From the IMG/VR virus record IMGVR_UViG_3300013232_000486: a DNA stretch of 64,000 bases, one strand, 5' to 3'. The translations under genes and the position numbers were made by a program. The notes under the pieces are model-generated. The model did not search any database. It was not told the DNA's origin and saw nothing but the letters and a program-made list of their open reading frames with translations. Source of the stretch: a virus (Duplodnaviria > Heunggongvirae > Uroviricota > Caudoviricetes). Of the stretch, positions 24,974 through 33,900 are shown in pieces. Every line of letters starts with the position of its first letter. Position 1 is the stretch's first letter.

Positions 24974-27900
24974 ATGGCAGACATCTATCAACAAAGCGAC
25001 GATTTGCTGGCCATTATGTCAGAAATCTCTGCTTTGGTCAATAAAATGGACGTGGAAGACACCGTCGGGCTTACCGACATACTTTCTCAGTTGTTGAGCA
25101 AAACGCTTGTCGCATCACAGCTATATGCAAATGTCAATTTCAACATATTCAGTTCTCTTCAGTCTGCTAAGGCACTCGTTCAAGATTCTTTCCAAGGAAT
25201 TAGGTTCTATGATGGAACGCGCTTCGGATATCTAAGGATCTGTCCAAGCAAGGTCGAGTTGCTTGTCGGCGAGACGCTCGAGTATGAGTTGGACGGGACG
25301 CTTCCTCATTCGTACCGCATTGCGGCGAAGGGAAATGACGTAAAGCTGTACGTCGACAACGTCCTTGCCATCGATGGAACTGGTAAGTTCATCCAAAAAA
25401 CTGATCACAAACTTCTTGAGTTCGGAGATATTTCTGGGAGGTCTCAGCTTAACGGCTCCGCTTGGAGAAGTTTCAGGTACAACGTAGAAGGCGACAATGT
25501 TCCAGGTAGCGACACGAACATGGTCACCGAAGAGGTCTTATCGGTTCCTGGTGGGGCGTTTGGCAGTGCCGCATCGTACGGGGACGCTCTGTACGCGGCC
25601 TTCAATCCAGACGATGACTCATCGTCATCGTCAATCTACAGGTACAAGGAAGGCTCCACGCCAGAAATAGTTCCAGCCAGATCAATCACGAAGTCTGGAG
25701 TGAACTCGGTAAAGATTGACCCTAACAAGCAATCAGATATTTTCGGTACCTCTGGAAAGTTCATCGCCACAGATTACGGTCTGCAATACGTACTTGGCAG
25801 CAAGCTATCTGATCTTCCGATCGAAGCCGACATGTTCTCTCCTCCAGAAGACGAGGGTTGGGTTGTTTTGGCGAACTGTGAAGGTACCTGCCACAACCTC
25901 AATGGCGGTATCCTTACGATCGACACTAGAAATGAAAGCGACGTAGTCTACTACGATTATCGTGATCATCCTGCTGGAGACTGGGTTTACGCGGCTGATA
26001 ACCAAAACGGATGGACTATCGAAACCGTTGTTCGCATAGCGGATGATGGAACATCTGGAATACCAAGTACTCATGACGATGCCTATTTTGAGGCTCTTGC
26101 GGCGACGGAAGGTAAGGACGTTGTCGTGGCTGTTGAGCGCTCGTCAATCATGCAGCCAAACGAGAAGAGAAATGCGGTTCAAGTAGTTTCATACATACTA
26201 AGGCAGTTGAACCGATGGGACAAGTTCAACGTGGTTCTTTACGGCCAGTTCGACAATAGATATCCAAACGGATCGCCAGTAATAAGTAACTTGTGCGAGT
26301 CTTTCACCAGCGATTTTGTCCTGGCCAGCGGGCAGAACATAGACTTGGCCATAGACTTTTTGAAGACAATAGATTCGGACACGGACTTCGGATTGTACCC
26401 AGACGTCAGGGCCGCTACCGAGAAGTCGCTCAACATGACGTATTCTAGTCCGAACAAGTTCATGGTTATTGTCGGGACTGGATTCTCGTACATCGGACCT
26501 TTCCCTCCGCCGAACGCCTCGTACAATTACGGAACCCAGCCCACTGACCTGACGTCGCTGAGTTACAATGTGATCCCAGCAGCGATAGGACACAGCGTCG
26601 TAAAAGATACCAACGACCAGAACACGTCAAGCTACGATGCGAAAATCATAACCGTAGGACTTGGAGAGTTCCTCGATTCTCCGTCATTGGTTCTTCCAAG
26701 TGACATCGGATACTCAACCGCAGAAACGTATCAAGATATGTGGTCTGCGCTTGCATCCGATAGCGGTGGAAATACGTACAGAATCAAGTCAGTAGACGAT
26801 CCAGATGTGGTTGCAAAATCAATCGTTGTCTTCATGGATCCAAACTCGGCTGACGACACGTCACCAGCGTCTGCGTTTACGCCACTTCAAGCAATGGTAG
26901 CTGCTGGTGATGGATGCGACCCAAAGATTGATAGGGCGATGGGAAACGAGCCTCCATCTGATGGGATCACTTGTCCTGGAATCGTAATTAATGACGGCAC
27001 GTACCAAGAAGTAGTCCAATTGTTCCAGCGTGGCATCAGGCTTAAGTACGCCAAATTGTTCGCCTCGTTGGATCTTTCAAACAAGTACTACAGACTCAGA
27101 ATAGTCGGGCGCAAGCAAGCCATTGCCGTTTACGCAAAGGCTGAGGGAGAAAAAGACTGGGAGAGAATCTTGTTCTCCCCGTATGGATTGTACGTCAAGT
27201 CGCAACAAGTCAGTGACGTCGACAAGCCAATGGTCATCATCGATGCATTTGGCGTTAAGCATGCCGTATGGCAAGAAACGGAGAATGGAGTTTGGGGCAT
27301 TTACTATGCCAGAACCAACCCAGAAACCGTTTTGTGTTCTGGCGTTGCTAATGATCCACAAAGCGATTATCTCAAGGACATCATAGCAAACAGAATCGCT
27401 TTCGGGCTTAGCGCTGTCGGATCGTTCGATCCAGCGAGACTTGATGGATCAATTGTTTCTGGTACTGGTAAATTCCTGTCCTCTGGAGTAAAAGAGGGCG
27501 ATCTCATATCATTGTATAACTTTATGAGGGCTGACGGAGTAAGGCTTGATAAGCCCCCAGTAACATACTCGGTAAAGTCAGTTTCGGACGATGTCGTTCT
27601 TGTCCCTGATACCAGCAGCGCCATAAACTCGTCCGACGAAGAAACGAGATGGAATACCGCAGAGTACGTCGTCCATAGAGGCAGCTTTAAGTTCGGAACA
27701 AAGGTAAAAGTCTCCACTCAGACCCTTGACAGTACTAGCCCATATGTTTTCGCTCACTCGTCTGGTGACATATATGTGGCGTACGACAACATTGAAAAGG
27801 GTTCGGCTGACATATACATCAGACGGGCAACGGCCAGTCCCACGTCAACTGCATGGAAAGAAACGCTGCGCCTAACTCGCGGATCTGGGCAAAGTCATGC

Positions 27901-30900
27901 CCCATCATTGGCTGAGGTTTCGGATGGAAAGTTTTTCGCCGTCTGGGAAGAGAGCAGTTCTGACGGATCCAGGTCAGAGGTGTTTTATGCTCTCATAGAA
28001 CCAAACACGTTTACCGACAAAGTACCTCTGATGGTCTTGGATCAGTCTTCCATAAGGGCTAGGAACCCGAAGGTTATATCCGCAGCAATAGACGCTGATG
28101 ACCAAGAAAAGCGTGACGCGGTAATTTTCTGGGAAGACGACTTCGGAGGACAAAACGGAAAGATATACGCCGCGAAAATATCTGGATCCGATGGGCTGAT
28201 ACTGTACCCGACCACTGCCTTGGTCACGACGGACGACAACAGGTCTCCGTCAGTTTCCATAAAAACAGATGACTATGTATGGCTGACATGGAGAAAGGTT
28301 GTTGGCGGTAAGGGGCAAATATGGGCTGCCAAGGTTAATTTCGCCAATCTGTACATTAGTGATGTGAGTCTCGTCGCGATTACAGTCGGGAATTGCTCAA
28401 GTCCTTCAATCTCACAAGATTCAAACGAGAACGTCTACATTTGCTATGCCGATGATCGATTCAGGAGCGGTAGAACTGATATATTTGTTTCAACATACCA
28501 AGAGACTCCAGTGGATGCGGCAACCGAGCCAGAACCAAGGCCTCCTGCGTCTTGTCCGCCACCTCCAACTCCACCAGAACCGCCAGATCCACCAGAACCA
28601 CCAGATCCACCGACGCCACCAGTACCTCATGGGTTGAATGCCAAGTACTTCAGTGGCGTCACACTCAAAACCCTTGTTTTGGAGAGAATTGATCCAGTCG
28701 TCAACTTCTGGTGGGCATCCACGATGCCTTGGCCAGCCAGAAGAAGGGGAGCCTTTAGCGCCAGGTGGACGGGACAAGTACAAGCCCAATATACCGAAGC
28801 GTACACGTTCTCTACGGTCACGGATGATGGAGCCAGGCTGTGGATTAATGGACAGCTTATTCAAAACCATTGGTGGAAACATGGTCCCGTAGAAGTCCGC
28901 TCCAAGCCAATGAACTTGGTGGCTGGCCAAAAGTATGATATCGTGCTTGAGTTCTTCGAGAATGGAAGAGGAAGGGCTGCAACACAGCTATTCTGGAAGA
29001 GTCCTTCCACGCCAAAACAAATCATTCCAACAGAAGCCTTGTATGCAGTCGCTCCAGTAGGAACTCCAGTACCTGAAACTCCGCCCGCGCCAGAACCAGA
29101 GGTTCCGGCCCCAGCGATTCCAGAGCCACAAGCTGGCCCAGTTCCTAACGAACTGGCTTTGCCAACAACGGGTCAGTGGGTCAGTAGCGCTCAGTTCGGC
29201 ATGGATATCAGACTCATGCCTAGGGATAATCATGACTCATTTGATGTCCCAAGCATCGTAGCAGAGTCTGGTTTGGACAAACCAAGATTCTTCGTAGTGT
29301 GTCGGGCATCAAATACTGGCTCAGACACGGCAATTCTTGGTACCTGCATCGACATAGATCCAGGACAGGGAAATCCGCCCATTGTGGCAATTCTGACTTG
29401 CGAAGACAACACCGCGTCCCAGTCGGTGACGAACCTTGTTCACTTCCTTGACAGCACAACGTACAACTCGTATGCGTCCGTCAATACCGATTTGCTACAT
29501 GGAACGGACACTGATCACGGATTCTATGACATAGATAAGGGAACGAAGTCATTCTTCAGGATCAAGACAGAACACGTTGCGTTCCCAAGGATAGTTCCGT
29601 TTTCTGGCTGCGTAGACTTGTGGTTCAAACCACAATGGTCTTCATCGGACGCAACCCCTAGGCACCTGTTCGGTAACGCCAGATATGACAGTACGGATGC
29701 GAATTCGTTTTCAATAGCGTACGTACCGAATGGACTACAGTTCAAGATCATTGACTCTTGCGGCTTCGTCAGGTCAACCACCATAAACTCGTCAGAGTTC
29801 TCGTGGTTGGCGGACGAGCCGATCAGACTTCGCGCAAAGTGGATCCCAACCGCGACTGGAATGTCAAGAATTAACAGCATTTGCTTCAAAGATTCAAGTA
29901 ACGGGATCGCGTGTGGCGCGGAAGGAGCCATTTTCAAGACGACCGATGGTGGTGTGACATGGGCAAAGGTCAATACCTATCTAACCTATGACTTCTTCTC
30001 CGTTGACTATTTGAATACGGGAATGGCTTTCGTCAGTGGTGAAATGGGGACGATACTCGTTTCATCAGACGATGGCGCAACTTGGACAGTCGTCGACACT
30101 GGCATCGAGCATGACTTAAAGTCGATATACTATGACTTGTCTGGCGCCAAGGCTTGGACTGTATCTGCGAATGGAGAGGTTCTTAGCTCTACTGATTTCG
30201 TGACATGGACAGTCGCTTGGACGGCTCCGACTGGATTGCTCACGGTGACCGTGATGTCGGATCCACTAGGACGAGCGATTCTGGTCGGAGGAATGAACGG
30301 AAAGATATACAAGAGTACGAACGGTACCACGTTCTCCTCGTCGACCGTCCCCGTACAGTCTACGACGCTAAGCATCTCGTCGATAAGCAAGGAGCATTAT
30401 AGCTCTGGATATACCACATTCGCATGCGGCGATGGAGGATTGATTCTAAGATCCGATGATTCAGGAGATACGTGGACGCAAGTTCACATCAAGTACGAAG
30501 ACCTGGAGCCAGCCCTATATTCAATTTCTAGAGTTGATGATGGATTCGATACGTGGTTTGCTGTTGGGTCAGATGGTACCATGATCGGCGGCGTTGGGTC
30601 TACTGGATCAGTATGCAGCACGGCATTGATCAATGGTGCGTTCATGACCATTGACGCGCAGTTTGGAGCAGCGCCTGGAACAAAGGTGATCGCTGGTGGA
30701 AGTGGAAGCTCATATTTCATTTCTGACGATTCTGGGGTATCTCAAACATACTATACGATAAGTTCAAAGAACTTGACGCTCACCATAAATGGAAGAGAGT
30801 ACAATCAGACCCGCGTCGGGGATAGTACGTTCGATTGGGATCCAGCCTTCAGGCTTTGGTATGTCGGAGACACTGCTGCGTCTGCCACTGACAGCGACTT

Positions 30901-33900
30901 CAAGCTTTACCAATTGACAGTTTGCGCAGAACCCGTCCTGAACGAAAGGGCCTTCTTGAGAAAAGAGACGTGGACGATCCCTGCCTACAAGGGCATGGAC
31001 AAGACGATAGCTTCTGGATACATGCCTTTGTCTGTGGTAGGAAAGCGCCTTGAATGGGGAAGCCTCACCTCAAAGTCACGGTCACACTGGAAGTACTTCG
31101 GAGCCTATCCTTGTTCCTCAAAGGTTCCTCAAAAGTTCTACTGCTGGACGACACAACTAGGCCTTGCTGGAGAAATCGTAAACGACTTGGCTACTGACAA
31201 GCTTGGCAGGCTCTTTGTCGCCACTGGTAATGGCATGTCCGTGATGAACACGTCCGAGATAAGCAGTGACATCGAAAGATGGGAAATGCGCCTCGGAATG
31301 CCATACAACAGCAAGTCCAGGCTCGTGAACGTAACGAATCTTCTATACGGGCTACCAGAAGGGAAGATAAGCTCGGTAACCGTAGACGAAAATCAAGACG
31401 TATGGTTTGGTACTCCTAGCGGACTTTGCCTTCTTCCAATAGGATCCATATCTGAAACCCAGAATGACGAAACCGATCCTCTTGACGCGATTATCGCTGA
31501 ATATCAGAAGAGACTTACTGGACAAGCATCTGGAGTAACCAGTCAACAGACCACCACTGAAAACGAGAGCATACGCAAGTACGATAAGGTAACCGTAATC
31601 ACCACTGGGAACGGGTTGTCGTCTGATAACGTGCTCGCCGTCAAGGCAATTGGAAACAAGGTTTTCGTTGCGACCGACATGGGATTATGCGTCATAACGA
31701 AGGCAGCCACCGTAAAGACCACTGTGACGACGCAAGTCACGTCAACTGTTGATTCAAACGGAACAGCCGTCACAACTGGAACAACGACCGAGAAAAACGC
31801 TTCTACTGGAACGACGACAGAAACCACTACTAAAATAGCTGGAACTACCGATACTACCGAAATGGCCGATACCGCAACCGATGGTACCGAAACGACTGGT
31901 CCCGTCACTACCGATGCCACAAATACGAAAGTGAACTCGTCAACCAGTACGGGAACGGCGAAACAGTCTCAAGTCGACACGACCTTGAACTACACCATCA
32001 AGAGGTATGGCATTGAAAGCGGTCTACCATCGAACAGGATCCAGGCGATCGGCTATAACAAAAACACCGAAGAACTATGGGTAGGAACTGATTATGGATG
32101 CGCCAGAGCGCAGATAACGGACGACAAAATCGTCTTCTCTCAGTTGGTGACAGTGGCCAATACCATGTCCGTTACCCCGTGGCTTGACGGCATTCTCCTT
32201 GGTACTAACTTTGGATTGTTGTACTTTGATAATTCATTGCGTGAAACGCAAATCGGGTCTGACGTAGTTGGCCTGAGTCCGATCGTGTGTGGCGACGTTG
32301 ATGCGTCAAACGTCGCATGGCTTGGGTCATCACTTGGGCTCGTGGAACTAAACAACGACTGTGGACTAAAGTCGGGGTCGATAACTTCAAACCAAGATGG
32401 CTTGTTAGGGTTTGAAACGCTAATCGACTTCAAGTACTACAGACTTGTGTCCTCGTCCCTTCCAGGTGGGGGATGTGAGAAAGCGCTCATCTTCCCTCAG
32501 ATAAACGGAAAGAGGGTTACTAGCGGATACAAGGTAATTCCACAAGTTCCGATGATCGAGTTTGATACCCCTCTACGGTCAACCGATCAGGTAGAGGCCT
32601 TCGTTCACAGAGGCTTCAGAAGGCTGCCTTCGCTCATAAACACTGAAATATATCCATTTGCTTACTTGGAAACAGACAAGCTGAGAATGAACCTGTATCG
32701 CAAGCGTGTCTTGGCTGGTACGGTTAAGGTTGGCGGAAACAGAGGCCCAGGGTCTCGTGGTACACCGAGAATGTATACGGTGATTGCGCAGCCAGTTGAC
32801 CCATCTGGCGCACCACTTGAAGACAATTGGCCGATCACGGCTGTAAGCGGGCCAGCAACGGTGACGTTCAAGCGTCCTGTCGAGGAAGGACAAAGCATAT
32901 ATTGTGACACGTCAGAACTCATTCAGACCGTACCGACAGACGCGTATGACGCACAGATCGTGTCGTTCCCATCGACGGATGAAGAGGGAAATCTTGACGA
33001 GTATGCGACTCTGACGGTGGCTGTCGACTCCGTAATCTATGTCGCCTACGACTCAAAAGCTCTTGATATCCCGTCATGGCTAAGGTCATTCGACCCTGTT
33101 TCTACAGTCCAGCGCGTCACAGACATGGAGGTCTACACCGCGCCTGGATCAGTGGAAAAACTGTATGCGGCCACAAGAGGATCCAACGGATGCATTTATA
33201 GCGTCTTGCAAGACGAGTCCGCTTGTGACATCATGGCCGAGACGGCAATGGACAACTCTGGGCCAGATGGATGCATAACGAACGCGGTCATGACTGGAAC
33301 AGACAGAATGCGTTTGAACTTGACTGCAAACGACTTGATCAGTGGAGTGGCAGACATGAGGGTGTCTGCCCGAGAGGACTTCAAGGACGATAATGGCAAT
33401 GACTTGCCATGGGTTCCTTTCGCTGGGACGTATGAAATACAAGTTCCAATCACGCAAAGTACCTCCGCGACAGTCGTTTCCACGATAACCACTGGTACCT
33501 ACACGAACTTTTACACATGGAACGGCCAGTCACTGGCCACGGCCTCTGATACTGGACGCGTTTACAAGATAATTCCTGGAGCGGATCCAGAACTTCTATT
33601 TGACACTGGACAACCAGACATCACGTCGCTTGTTAGTTTTGGCAAATACTTGGTCGTTGGAACTGGTCCAAACGGGCTTATCTACACGTGGGACGGAACA
33701 GCACTCAAGCCTCTCACCGTTCCTAACGCGACTAGAATCACGGCGATGACGCCATTCGATAGTCTCCTGTTCTTGGGCGTGACGTACGTGGACAACAACG
33801 GGCTTCCAACCGCTTACGTATACACAATCAGTGAGGTCGATCTTGACCTGGGCAACTTCCCAACGCTGTTCAAGTCAACGCTTGAAACTGACATCACTGG

